Assembly (NCBI GenBank): GCA_016192455.1
Contig: JACPUC010000006.1
Location: forward strand, 1-64,000
Source of the DNA: Candidatus Tectimicrobiota bacterium
GTDB lineage: Bacteria > JACPUC01
DNA length: 64,000 nucleotides
Direction of reading: 5' to 3'
Shown: one piece after another, positions 44,491 to 54,367 of the stretch
How the letters are laid out: the number at the start of each line of letters is the position of its first letter
Position numbering within the stretch: the stretch's first letter is position 1
The notes under the pieces: model-generated
Told to the model about the DNA's origin: nothing
Database searches by the model: none
What the model saw: the letters and a program-made list of their open reading frames with translations, nothing else
Program-made: the position numbers and the translations under genes

Positions 44491-46812
44491 CTACGGGCTG
44501 AAGGTGAAGGGCGCCTCGGCGAGGCTCACGATCTCCACCTGGGGGGAGAGGACGTCGGCGCCTACGGCCACGATCCCAGCAACGAGACGGTAGCCGCCCG
44601 CCGGCTCCTCGCCGGAGAAGGTGTGCGCGAAGAGCAGCTCGGAGCCTATCTGGAGGCCGCGGTCGGCCTGGAAGGGGAGCAGGTCGAGGAGAACACCGCC
44701 CGCTGGCCGCAGGGCGCGCAGCTCGCCATTGGGAAGCTGGACGACGAGGTAGAGATCGAACCGGCCGGCGTCGCCCGCCAGGGTGTGGAGGGTGAGGAGG
44801 AGATCATCGCCGCTGCGGAAGCTGCTCCGGTTCAGGGTGGCGCGGAGTTGCGGCGCGCCCGTTGCCGGCTCAGCGCCTGGCGGGGGGGCGGGCAGGAGCT
44901 GGGGATTGACGACGAGGCCGCCGCCGCCCACCACGAGGACGCTCCTTCGGAAGGCGAGGAAGCCGTCAGCGACGACGAGAATCTCGTGCTCGCCCGCAGG
45001 CGCCTCGGCAAGCAGGAAGTTGCCGTCCGGATTGCTGCGGACGCGCAGCGTCCCCAGGGCGACACTCGCCTGGGTGACCGGCTCCCCCGTGACCAGGTTG
45101 GTGATCCGGCCGGCGAGGGAACCGAGCACGGGAACGAGAGAGACGCTGACCTCAACGGGCAGCAGGGTGTTGATCGGCTCCTGCTTGGCTGCGAAGCCGG
45201 GTGCGCTGACCTCGAGGCTGCCGGCGCCGCGTGGCCCTTCGAGGAAGAAGAAGTTGCCCTCCTGGTCGGTCGTCGCGCGCAAGCCGCCTAGACGAACGAG
45301 GACATTCGGCAGCGGCAGGCCGCTGGCGGCCGAGACCACCCGACCCTGGACGAGCGGCGGCGCCTCGCTGATGGCGAGGTCGTAGTTGTAGCCGCCGCCG
45401 AAACGTCCTCCCTGCGCCGCTGACGGCAGCCACTGGCGAACTTGTGCGAAGTAGTCGCCGCTGCGCGCCGCCCGAAAGGTGATGCGTGAGGCAAGCTGGC
45501 CGCGCGCCGTATCGAGGTCATCGGCACGCGCATCGTTGTGCTGCACGGCCAGCCGCTGCTCGTCGAAGAGCTCCATGATGGTATCGGCGAAGGGGCCGAG
45601 GCGGGAGGTCTCGATGGTGTAGGCGGTGCCGGCGCGCCCGCTGAACCGTACCGTATCCACGTCGCCCTCGGTGGAGAAGTTATGGGTGCGGGCGACACCG
45701 TTGGTGGGGACCTCGCGGGCCTGCTCGAAGGTGTTGTCGGGCTCGAAGGCATCGGGATCGGTGCCCGCGGTGACGCTGAAATTGATGCCGGTTACCAGGC
45801 GCCCTGTTTGAACGCCGATGACCAGTCCTTCCGCCGGAACGGGGGTGCTGGGATAGGTCACCGCCAGGAGGTTCTGATCCGCGCCGGCGAAGTAGCCCGT
45901 CAACGTGGCGCGGTCGACGGCGTTCAGGCGCAGGCGGTAGGAGCCGGGTTGCAGCCCGGCGATCTCGTAGTCTCCCGACGGGAAGGTGATGCCGGCCACC
46001 TCGCCAGGGCCGCCCTCCTGCGGGCGCACGGGAACGGCCGTGATGTAGGCGCCGAAGACCGGCAGGCCATTTTTGCTGACGCGCCCCAAAATGCGGCCGG
46101 TGCTGGCGCCGAAGCCGGCCGCGGGGTAGATGGTGGAGACTCCCGCCCGGTCGTCAGCCTCCAGGCTGCGGCTCTGCAGATCGCCGGCGAAGGTGGAGGG
46201 GTGCATGGTGGCGCCGGCGACGAAGGTGTGGTCGAGCTGCAGCAGGTGGCCGATCTCGTGCGTGACGATGTGCTGCACATCGGCGCGCCCCGCCTCGCCG
46301 CGCGTGCTCCACTGAAAATCGGCGCCGTTCAGCTCGATCTCGGTTCCCATCACCTCGCCGTCGGAACGAAAGGTGGAGGTGGTGAGGGCGAAGACGCCGG
46401 GGCCGAGGGCCGAGTTCTCTCCCTGCTCGCGCCAGACGACGAGGTTGGTCTGGCCGCCGAAGGTACGGGTACGGGGTGTCAGGCCGTCATCGAGGAACGC
46501 CACCGTCGCCGAGGCCACCCCTTGCCAGGTGGCGAAGGCTTGACGGATGGCCTCGAATTCGGAGCCGTCGTCAATATCCTCGGAGCCGCGCTCGTTGATG
46601 ACAAAGGTAATGCGGCCGTCGCGCACCGCGCCGCTGGTGGGCGTGCTCGGCGGCAGACTCCAGTGCAGCGCCTGGCCGTTGGGGCTGTGGCTCTGGATGT
46701 AGGCGTGGGCCGTCCGCCGCGGGAGGCCGCTCGGCAGGCTCAAGAGGCTGAGCTCGAGAAGCAGCACGACAACCAGGAGACGAGGGCCATGGGGCGTGGG
46801 TGCTGGGCTCAT
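44491..46812 (-). CDS. Secreted matrixin-like (M10) zinc metalloprotease with carboxypeptidase-regulatory-like beta domains
   Basis: Signal peptide; THEIGHLLQLDH, ATMHP Met-turn, DAFEPDN (PPC-like), repeated G.V....G.P....V motifs. Confidence 0.8.
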   Translation of the reverse strand: MSPAPTPHGPRLLVVVLLLELSLLSLPSGLPRRTAHAYIQSHSPNGQALHWSLPPSTPTSGAVRDGRITFVINERGSEDIDDGSEFEAIRQAFATWQGVASATVAFLDDGLTPRTRTFGGQTNLVVWREQGENSALGPGVFALTTSTFRSDGEVMGTEIELNGADFQWSTRGEAGRADVQHIVTHEIGHLLQLDHTFVAGATMHPSTFAGDLQSRSLEADDRAGVSTIYPAAGFGASTGRILGRVSKNGLPVFGAYITAVPVRPQEGGPGEVAGITFPSGDYEIAGLQPGSYRLRLNAVDRATLTGYFAGADQNLLAVTYPSTPVPAEGLVIGVQTGRLVTGINFSVTAGTDPDAFEPDNTFEQAREVPTNGVARTHNFSTEGDVDTVRFSGRAGTAYTIETSRLGPFADTIMELFDEQRLAVQHNDARADDLDTARGQLASRITFRAARSGDYFAQVRQWLPSAAQGGRFGGGYNYDLAISEAPPLVQGRVVSAASGLPLPNVLVRLGGLRATTDQEGNFFFLEGPRGAGSLEVSAPGFAAKQEPINTLLPVEVSVSLVPVLGSLAGRITNLVTGEPVTQASVALGTLRVRSNPDGNFLLAEAPAGEHEILVVADGFLAFRRSVLVVGGGGLVVNPQLLPAPPPGAEPATGAPQLRATLNRSSFRSGDDLLLTLHTLAGDAGRFDLYLVVQLPNGELRALRPAGGVLLDLLPFQADRGLQIGSELLFAHTFSGEEPAGGYRLVAGIVAVGADVLSPQVEIVSLAEAPFTFSP

Positions 46813-47164
46813 GGGTGGTGGGATGGACTCTCTGCTGAGGCGAGGCGGGCTGCGCCGAGAGGGCTCGGCTCCCGGCGATCCTCCGCCGGTTCACTCCATG
46901 GCGGGCGGCTCGGCTGGTTCCCCGCTGGCGGCCATGGCATGCGTGGCTGCCTTGCGCGGCGGCCGCGGGATGGGGCCGGCCTGACCTCCCCAGGATGGCG
47001 ACGAGGCGGGCCTCGCCTGCATCCGCCCGCCCCTCATCACGGTACCATTCGCAGGAGACCCCGACCTTCGCGTGCACTCCTACGACAGCACGGCGGCAGA
47101 TGCACGCCTCCCCCGGCGGGGCATCCCCCGTCTCCGTCTTAGGCAAGGCCTTCCCGCGTGCCCC

Positions 47165-48265
47165 CTATTCCTTGTCGCTTTGCTCTTTCTCCTTGCGCTC
47201 CTTGGCGCGGCGCAGCGCATCGAGGAAAGGATTTGAAGGCTGGCTGCCGGACTGGCCGTTTCCTCCCCCTTGCGCCGATCCTTTCTTCAGGGCTTCCAAA
47301 AACTTCTTCGCCGCCTCTTCGGGATTCGGCGCGGCGCCCTGCTGAGCGGCCGGTTGCACGCGCTCGGTGAAGATCTTCACCTCGTATTTCTTTTCGAGGG
47401 CGGCTTCCTGCTCCTTGAGGAGATCACGCTCCTTCGAGCGTTGCAGGCGGGTTCGGATACTCTCCTTCACCTCATCAAAGTTCTTGTCCACGGCGGGCCG
47501 CCGCTTCTCCAGTTTGATGATATGGTAGCCGAACTGCGTCTTGACGATGTCGCTCACTTCACCCGGCTTGAGTTTGAAGACCGTCTCCTCGAATTCCGGC
47601 ACCATCTTGCCGCGGCCGAACCACCCCAAGTCGCCCCCCTTGGGTGCCGAGGGGCCGGTGGAGTACTTGCGCGCCAGGTTCACGAAGTCTCCCCCGCGGC
47701 GGACCTCCTGGAGCAGCCGATCGGCCTCCTCGCGGCTTTTCAGGAGGATGTGCCGCGCGCTCACCTGCTCGGGGCTGTGGAACTCGCTGCGGTGCGCGTC
47801 GTAGTACTTCCGCGCCTCGGCCTCATCGACGCTTGCCTGCGCCTGCGTCATCTTGCTGCGATACTCGCGCGCCAGAATCTTCTCGCGAGTGCCGTCGATC
47901 TGCGCCTTCACCTTCGCATCCTTGTGCAGGCCCTGGGCTTCCGCCTCCAGGGCAAAGAGTCGCCACTGCACGAGGCTCTTCAGGATGTTGAGGCGCGCCC
48001 CCTGCGAGGCGTAGCGCTGGCGAATGGCGCTGGGGAACTGGTTGAGGTACGCCTCCAGGTCGTCCTCGGTAATGGGTTGGCCGCCAACCGTCGCCAGGAC
48101 CGTATTGGCGGGCTCTGCTTTCGCGGGCTCCGGCTGCGCAGGCGCCGCCTGCTTCGCGGGGACACGGCCGGCCGGCTTCTTCCCCTGAGCGGACGAGCTG
48201 GGAGGAACGACCAAGCCAAGGAGCATGATGCCTGCCGCGAGACCAACCACAACGCCGTTGCGCAT
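47165..48265 (-). CDS. PpiC/parvulin-type peptidyl-prolyl isomerase (PrsA/SurA-like)
   Basis: ARHILL, F..LARKYS..SAPKGGDLGWF..MVPEFE, SDIVKTQFGYHII. Confidence 0.92.
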   Translation of the reverse strand: MRNGVVVGLAAGIMLLGLVVPPSSSAQGKKPAGRVPAKQAAPAQPEPAKAEPANTVLATVGGQPITEDDLEAYLNQFPSAIRQRYASQGARLNILKSLVQWRLFALEAEAQGLHKDAKVKAQIDGTREKILAREYRSKMTQAQASVDEAEARKYYDAHRSEFHSPEQVSARHILLKSREEADRLLQEVRRGGDFVNLARKYSTGPSAPKGGDLGWFGRGKMVPEFEETVFKLKPGEVSDIVKTQFGYHIIKLEKRRPAVDKNFDEVKESIRTRLQRSKERDLLKEQEAALEKKYEVKIFTERVQPAAQQGAAPNPEEAAKKFLEALKKGSAQGGGNGQSGSQPSNPFLDALRRAKERKEKEQSDKE

Positions 48266-48733
48266 GCCGAATCCTCCTCTACCAAGCGCGATTTTGAAAA
48301 CCCTGCTGACCGGTGGCTCAGCCGCCGCCTACCTCGCTGTGGGGCAGCAGCCCCGCACCACGTTTCAGGAATGTTGCCACGCGCGACCGCTTTTGCAGCT
48401 TTTTCAGAGCGGTGGTCCGTGCCGGCGCCACGCTGCGCCGGGCAAGGGTGCGCCGCCTTCTCTCCGTCACACCTCGGCGCTACACCATTTGGAGCGTCCC
48501 GCTGCCAATGGGTTCCAAGAATCAGGGGGAGCGCCACCGCAAGACCCAGGGAGAGTTTCCGGCACAGCATCCCCTGCAAGGAGACGCCGCCTCCTCTGCC
48601 GCCGGCATCCTTGCCGAGGTCGTCAGCCGGCGCACCGAGCGGACCCGCCGCGAGCGGCTGGTTTCCCGCGCGGCGGAGGCAGGCCGGCGCCGCTGGCCTA
48701 GGTTGAGACGCCTCGACGTCGCCTGCGGCGAGG

Positions 48734-49816
48734 TCACCCCGGGACGCGAACCCTGCCGTTCGTCTGGGCGGTTTTGCCGCGCTCCACCTGCGCCACCTCG
48801 GCAAGCCGCTCCCTAGCCCAGGCGATGTGCTCGGCCACGAGCGGCTCGTGAGTCGGCATCGCATCGAGGAGGCCCATGAGCTGCGGATTGCCTGAGTTCC
48901 CGATCGCCACCGCCACGGTGCGCAGGAAGCCGCTGTACTTGGCACGCTTGATGGGACTGCGCCGGGTGGCGGCACGGAAGTCGTCCGCGCTCCAGAGCGC
49001 GAGATCGGCGAGCCGCGGCGGATCGAAGACCGCCCGCGGCGCAAAGGCGGGCTCCGTGGAGGAGGGGAGGTGCTGGTTCCAGGGACAGACCTGCTGGCAG
49101 ATGTCGCATCCGAAGAGGTGCTCTCCGATCGGCGCGCGCAGCTCCTCGGGAATGCCGTCGCGCAGCTCGATCGTCAGGTAGGAGATGCAGCGTCGGGCGT
49201 CGAGCTGGTAGGGCGCGGCGAAGGCGTCGGTTGGGCAAGCCTCGAGGCAGCGCTGGCAGGTGCCACAGTGATCGGTGTCCGGGGTATCCGGTTCGAGCGC
49301 CAGGCTGAGGAGAATCTCGCCGATGAAGAAGAGCGAGCCGAGCTCGCGGTTGATGAGGCAGGTGTTCTTGCCCACCCAGCCCAGGCCGGCGTCGCGACCG
49401 TAGGCACGCTCGAGGACGGCGCCGGTATCGACGTAGATGCGGCTTTCGAGCGGCTGGGGGCTGTGCGCTTGGATGCGGCGCAGCAACTCCCCCAGGCGCT
49501 GTTCGAGGACGTTGTGGTAATCGTCGCCGCGGGCATACTCGGCGACGCGCCCGCGCGGCACCGGGGCCCCGCGGCGCTCGCCTGCCTCGGCGAGGTGGTA
49601 GTTCATGCCGCAGACGACGACTGAGCGCGCGCTCGGCAGCAGCGCCCGGACATCGGCGCGGCGTTCAGGCTGGCGCTGCAGGTAGGCCATCTTCCCGGCA
49701 TAGCCGAGCGCCACCCAGGCCGCGTAGCGCGGGAAGTCCTGCTGCGGCCCCGCCGCGGCAACCCCCACGAGGTCGAAGCCGAGCTGCCGCGCCTGTTCTT
49801 TGATGAAGGTCTTCAT
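48734..49816 (-). CDS. queG: Epoxyqueuosine reductase
   Basis: YARGDDYH, YVDTGAVLER, GWVGKNT, CGTCQRCLEACPT, CISYLTIE, FGCDICQQVCPWN. Confidence 0.95.
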   Translation of the reverse strand: MKTFIKEQARQLGFDLVGVAAAGPQQDFPRYAAWVALGYAGKMAYLQRQPERRADVRALLPSARSVVVCGMNYHLAEAGERRGAPVPRGRVAEYARGDDYHNVLEQRLGELLRRIQAHSPQPLESRIYVDTGAVLERAYGRDAGLGWVGKNTCLINRELGSLFFIGEILLSLALEPDTPDTDHCGTCQRCLEACPTDAFAAPYQLDARRCISYLTIELRDGIPEELRAPIGEHLFGCDICQQVCPWNQHLPSSTEPAFAPRAVFDPPRLADLALWSADDFRAATRRSPIKRAKYSGFLRTVAVAIGNSGNPQLMGLLDAMPTHEPLVAEHIAWARERLAEVAQVERGKTAQTNGRVRVPG

Positions 49817-49900
49817 CGAGGCAAGACCATCGAGGAGAAAACCGCGGCGTACGAATGAACCCACGGCGGCTGAGCCTTCGCCCCCATCTCTCCGAGCAGG

Positions 49901-50659
49901 TCAGTGCATGCCCTCGCCGCCATCGACCGAGATGACCTGCCCGGTGATGAAGTTGGCGTCGTCGGAGGCCAGGTGCGCCAGGGTGCCGACGAGGTCCTCG
50001 GGGTACTGGGTGCGGCGCAGCGCCCGGGAACGGATCGTGTTTTCGTTCACCTTCTCCGGGTTGTGCTCCGTTCCTGTGCTCATCGTGTAACCGGGGGCGA
50101 TGGCGTTCACCGTAATGTTATGGCGCCCGAGCTCGCGCGCCATGGCGCGCGTCATGGCGACGATTGCTCCCTTCGAGGTCACGTAGTGGAGGAAGTTCGG
50201 CACCCCGGTGTAAACCGTGCTCGAGGCAATGTTGATGATCTTGCCGCCGCCCCCTTCGATCATCGCGGGGAGCACCGCCTTGACGCAGAGCCACGGCCCC
50301 TTGACGTTGATGGCCATGACCCGGTCCCATTCCTGCTCGTCGAGGTCCTGCAACTTGCCGAAGCGGATGGTGGCGAACATGGCGGCGTTGTTCACCAGCA
50401 CGTCGATGCCCCCGAACGCCTGCCGCGCGGCGCCTGCCATGGCCTCGACGGAGGCTGCCCGGCTCACGTCGCAGGCGACGCCGATGGCTTCCCCGCCCGC
50501 CTTGGTGATGGCGTCCACCGCGGCCTGCGTGGGGATGACGTCCGCCACGACCAGCCGCGCCCCCTCCGCCGCGCAGCGTTCGGCATAGGCCCTGCCGATG
50601 CCGCGCGCACTCCCGGTGATGATGATGACCTTACCGCGTAAACGATCCGCCACGGTCAT
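49901..50659 (-). CDS. SDR family oxidoreductase
   Basis: TGSARGIG, NNAA, YVTSK, VDGG. Confidence 0.9.
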   Translation of the reverse strand: MTVADRLRGKVIIITGSARGIGRAYAERCAAEGARLVVADVIPTQAAVDAITKAGGEAIGVACDVSRAASVEAMAGAARQAFGGIDVLVNNAAMFATIRFGKLQDLDEQEWDRVMAINVKGPWLCVKAVLPAMIEGGGGKIINIASSTVYTGVPNFLHYVTSKGAIVAMTRAMARELGRHNITVNAIAPGYTMSTGTEHNPEKVNENTIRSRALRRTQYPEDLVGTLAHLASDDANFITGQVISVDGGEGMH

Positions 50660-50784
50660 GCCGCTCCTCCCAGCCTTCGCCAGCTCCTGGTGCGCCTCAT
50701 TCCTTGCCGTCAGGACGGCCCTTCGCGATGGGACCGAATCGGTGCTCAGATCATGAAGTGAAGGGAGCAGCAGCTCACCGCGGG

Positions 50785-51186
50785 CTACTCCTCGGGGACC
50801 TGGCCGAACTCGTTATGCGGCGGCGCCGCGCTCCCTTCTGGGCGGCACACCCCGCAGGGGCAGAGCTTGCGCAGCAATTTGAACGAGTAAATGCCGCTCG
50901 TGTGTTGATCATTCCACTCGATGTTGACCGCGTATCGTCCCACCAGCTTGATGTTGGTGGGCACGTACTGCTGTGGCGCGCTGCGGGTTACCACGCGCAG
51001 CAGCGGGCTCGACTGCTTGGTAGCCTTGGCGCGCTCTTCACAGCAGGAGGCGCAGGGACACTCGCGGCGCAGGAGGCGATGGGGATAGACGCTCTCATGG
51101 CCGTCATGCCAGATGATCTTCAGGTGCTCCGCGTCGAGTTTCTTGATCTCACGCGGTATGGGGGGAGGGGCAAACTTCTCGGTCAT
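50785..51186 (-). CDS. DUF971 / GBBH-like N-terminal domain protein
   Basis: IIWHDGHES.Y..LRRECPCASC, VGRYAV.I.WND.HTSGIYSF..LR.LCPC. Confidence 0.85.
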   Translation of the reverse strand: MTEKFAPPPIPREIKKLDAEHLKIIWHDGHESVYPHRLLRRECPCASCCEERAKATKQSSPLLRVVTRSAPQQYVPTNIKLVGRYAVNIEWNDQHTSGIYSFKLLRKLCPCGVCRPEGSAAPPHNEFGQVPEE

Positions 51187-51536
51187 GGGAGGTTTACCTG
51201 GGGGCTGAAGGGAGTTTCCGCGACGGGCCGCGCGCATCAGCTTGCCAAACACCCGGCCCGGGGCGCTTCCTACAATGTAGTCGCGCACCCTTGACGGGTC
51301 AAGAATGCGCCTCCGTTGTCGAGCCTCGTGTTGCAGAAGCGGCCGCAGCCCTCCCGCCTGGTGGCAAGGTGCGCTGGCGCTGCCCCTGCCACTCCCTGGG
51401 GTAAGGGCCGCGATTCACCGCCGCTCAGGGTCGGCGCCGCCGGTGCTGAGACAGCGGCTCCGTGAAGTCGCGCCGAAATAATTCGGGCTGGAAAAATTGA
51501 CTTTGCCACGGCATTGACTATATTGTACGCAATACT

Positions 51537-51567
51537 CTCTAACCTATTGAAGTGATTTAGGTTAGAG
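51537..51567. promoter_or_regulatory. AT-rich inverted repeat, candidate operator
   Basis: CTCTAACCTA-N11-TAGGTTAGAG just downstream of TTGACT-N16-TATATT (51497-51524). Confidence 0.45.
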
Positions 51568-51791
51568 TATGTCCTCGGATGCGTCCCGGAGGTCAGCGAG
51601 GAGAAAGAACTTACCGAGCGGCGCGTTCACGTGGTGGGGGATTCCCGCTGTTCTCGGCAGAGAAGAAGCGGCAGTAGGTGGGAGCGCGAGGCAGCGCGTG
51701 GTGAAGCTGAACGATTGGTGCGGAGTGTGCGAGTGCCAAGGTTCGTGAGACCGCCGCGGATGAGTGAGCGGTCCTGATAGGTGGAGCAGCA

Positions 51792-52574
51792 ATGTCTGGG
51801 GTACAGAAGACGATTGCGGTTGCAAGTGGCAAGGGAGGCGTGGGGAAATCAACCACTGCGGTGAACATCGCCCTGGCGCTGGCGCACCTCGGCTCGCGGG
51901 TCGGCCTGCTGGATGCCGATATCTACGGGCCCAGCATTCCGATCATGCTGGGGGTGAACAGCCATCCGAAGGTGACGAGTGATAAGCATATCCTCCCCGT
52001 GGAGCATTACGGCCTGAAGATTATCTCCATGGGCTTCCTGACGGACGAGAACAGCCCGGTCATCTGGCGTGGTCCCATGGTGCACGGCATCGTGAAGCAG
52101 TTTCTCACCCAGGTTGATTGGGGTGACCTCGACTACCTCATCGTGGACCTGCCGCCCGGCACCGGCGATGCCCAGCTCACCCTGACGCAGTCCGCAGCCC
52201 TGGCGGGGGCGGTGATTGTGACGACGCCGCAGAACGTGGCGCTCCTCGACGCCCGCAAGGGGCTGCGGATGTTCCAGCAGGTGAACGTCCCGGTGCTCGG
52301 CATCGTGGAGAACATGAGCTTCTTCATCTGCCCCAACTGTCAGCATGAATCGACTATTTTCAGGAAGGGGGGCGGCGAACGGATTGCCGCGGAGCTTGGG
52401 GTGGCATTCCTGGGCGGCATCCCCATCGACCCGGCGATCTGCGAGGCGGGCGATGCCGGCAAACCAGTCGTCTACCAGGACCCGCGGAGCCGCCTCTCGC
52501 AGGCGTACCTCGCCGTCACCCAGCAGATGCTGGCGAACCTGGGCAGCCAGGTGGAGACGACGATCTCGCTGTAG
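51792..52574 (+). CDS. mrp: Mrp/NBP35/ApbC Fe-S cluster carrier ATPase (no N-terminal DUF59)
   Basis: SGKGGVGKST, DADIYGPS, WRGPM, DLPPGTGD, ENMS..CPNC. Confidence 0.93.
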   Translation: MSGVQKTIAVASGKGGVGKSTTAVNIALALAHLGSRVGLLDADIYGPSIPIMLGVNSHPKVTSDKHILPVEHYGLKIISMGFLTDENSPVIWRGPMVHGIVKQFLTQVDWGDLDYLIVDLPPGTGDAQLTLTQSAALAGAVIVTTPQNVALLDARKGLRMFQQVNVPVLGIVENMSFFICPNCQHESTIFRKGGGERIAAELGVAFLGGIPIDPAICEAGDAGKPVVYQDPRSRLSQAYLAVTQQMLANLGSQVETTISL

Positions 52575-53101
52575 AAGGTCTCTGGGGGGGTTGTTGACGA
52601 GGGGCGGAGAAACGCCGGCTGGCGGCTGGGGGGAGAGGGAGCTGCCGCGGGCGGAGAGCGGCAGAGCCGATCGACGTTCCCAGCCACCTTCCTCGCGCGT
52701 CAGTTCCAGTGCCTTGGCGCGTCACCTCACGAACGCTGAGCGAATCGCGGCGTGGAAGATTGCTCCCGACCAAGAGGAGTCTTGCGGCGCGGGGCCGCTT
52801 GCCTCGGTTTTCACGCCAGGGAGGCACGCCAGGTGCGCGAGCTCGTGCGCGGCTCGCGGCAAGGGGGGCGTCGGGGAGCGCGTGATCTCCCACGCCACCG
52901 CGCCTCGCCGACTCCACTTCCGCTGGCTCGAATTCCCCTGTGAACTGTTGCGACCTGATTCAAGCCACCTCCCGGCGCGCGCCGCTCCAAGAGACTCCTG
53001 CCCGCCGCCCCGGCGATGTGCGTAGTGTCTCCCTCCTCGCGCCCCGCTACCACCCTCCTCTCCCTGCTGCCCCCATCCCCCAGCCGTCCCGCGCCACGGC
53101 A

Positions 53102-54268
53102 TCAGCGGGCGCGGCGCCGTGAAATCCAGCGATTCCCTTCCAGCTCCAGGACGGTGAAGACGAGCGTCAGGAGGATCGCTTGCACAATCAGGAGGATGGC
53201 ATCGAGGATGCGGGCGTTCCGCAGCACCACCGCGGCGATGCCGAAGCAGGTCGCCCAGGAGTAGATGAGGAGGACCGCGCGCTTGTCATCTTGGAGCAGC
53301 GCGCGCAGCCGATGGTGCAGATGATCGCGCCCCACGTAGCTGATCCACTGCTGGAAACTGCGGACGTTGCCGCTGGCGATGCGCGTCACCGTGATGTGGA
53401 TCATATCGAAGATGAGGACCGAGAAGATGAGCAGCGGCGCCGCGAAGGAGACCACGGCGCTGGTCTCCGACCATTCCCCTGCCACCGCCAGGGCGCTCAG
53501 GGTGAAGCCGAGGAAAGTGCTGCCGGAATCGCCGAGGAACATCTCGGCTGGCTTCGAGCGCCTGAAGTTGTAAGGCAGGAACCCCAGGCACGCCCCCATG
53601 AGGGCGATCGACATCCACCCAAAGAAGGCCTGCCGCGTCTGGAACGCCACCATGCCGAGGAAGAACGCGATGATCGCCGACAGCCCCGTGGCCAGGCCGT
53701 CCATGCCATCGAGGAAGTTCAAGGCGTTGGTGATGCCGACGATCCAGAGGAAGGTGAGGGTGTAGTTGACGACATTGCCGACCGGGGTCTGCGGCAGGAG
53801 GCGGAGGTAGACGCCGCTGATGATCAGCCCGCCGACGGCAACCACCTGCACGCCGAGCTTCAAGCTGGCGGGAAGCTCATACTTATCGTCGATCGCCCCC
53901 ACGAGGGTCATCAACACACCGCCGAACAGGATGCTGTTGACGGCAGGACTGAGAATCTGGTTGCTCACGAGGGCAAGGAAAAAGGCCGCAAAAATGCCCA
54001 ACCCGCCCAAGAGGGGGGTGGGATTCTTGTGCACCTTGCGCAGATCAGGGAGGTCGAGGATGCCCGTCCGCTGCGCCAGCCAGCGCGTCGCAGGTCCAAG
54101 CAGGTAGGAGAGGCTGGTGGCGAGGAGGAAGATGAAGAGCCACCGCTTGCCGGCACTGGTCAACAGGCTCCGCACCGGCGGGATGTTGATGAGCGCGAAA
54201 CAGAGGAGCGCCAAGAGGTAGGCGATCCTCCGTCTCCAGCGGACGACTGCGACGCCCCGCTTCTCCAT
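53102..54268 (-). CDS. Undecaprenyl-phosphate GlcNAc-1-phosphate transferase (WecA/TagO, MraY family)
   Basis: RKVH..PTPLLGG, GAIDD, NALNFLDGMDGL, FLGDSGS, DHLHH. Confidence 0.9.
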   Translation of the reverse strand: MEKRGVAVVRWRRRIAYLLALLCFALINIPPVRSLLTSAGKRWLFIFLLATSLSYLLGPATRWLAQRTGILDLPDLRKVHKNPTPLLGGLGIFAAFFLALVSNQILSPAVNSILFGGVLMTLVGAIDDKYELPASLKLGVQVVAVGGLIISGVYLRLLPQTPVGNVVNYTLTFLWIVGITNALNFLDGMDGLATGLSAIIAFFLGMVAFQTRQAFFGWMSIALMGACLGFLPYNFRRSKPAEMFLGDSGSTFLGFTLSALAVAGEWSETSAVVSFAAPLLIFSVLIFDMIHITVTRIASGNVRSFQQWISYVGRDHLHHRLRALLQDDKRAVLLIYSWATCFGIAAVVLRNARILDAILLIVQAILLTLVFTVLELEGNRWISRRRAR

Positions 54269-54367
54269 GGATCGACCCTCTCTCGTCGTGGTGTCGCGCG
54301 GCTTCGAGTCTGTGAGCGCCGCATGGTGAAATTCCCGAAACAAGGCGCCTGCTACTTGTCTTGGCGG

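Noticed and set aside
44101-45291. 396-aa plus-strand ORF starting over the tRNA
   Set aside because: Antisense to tRNA-Gly and the metalloprotease; spurious
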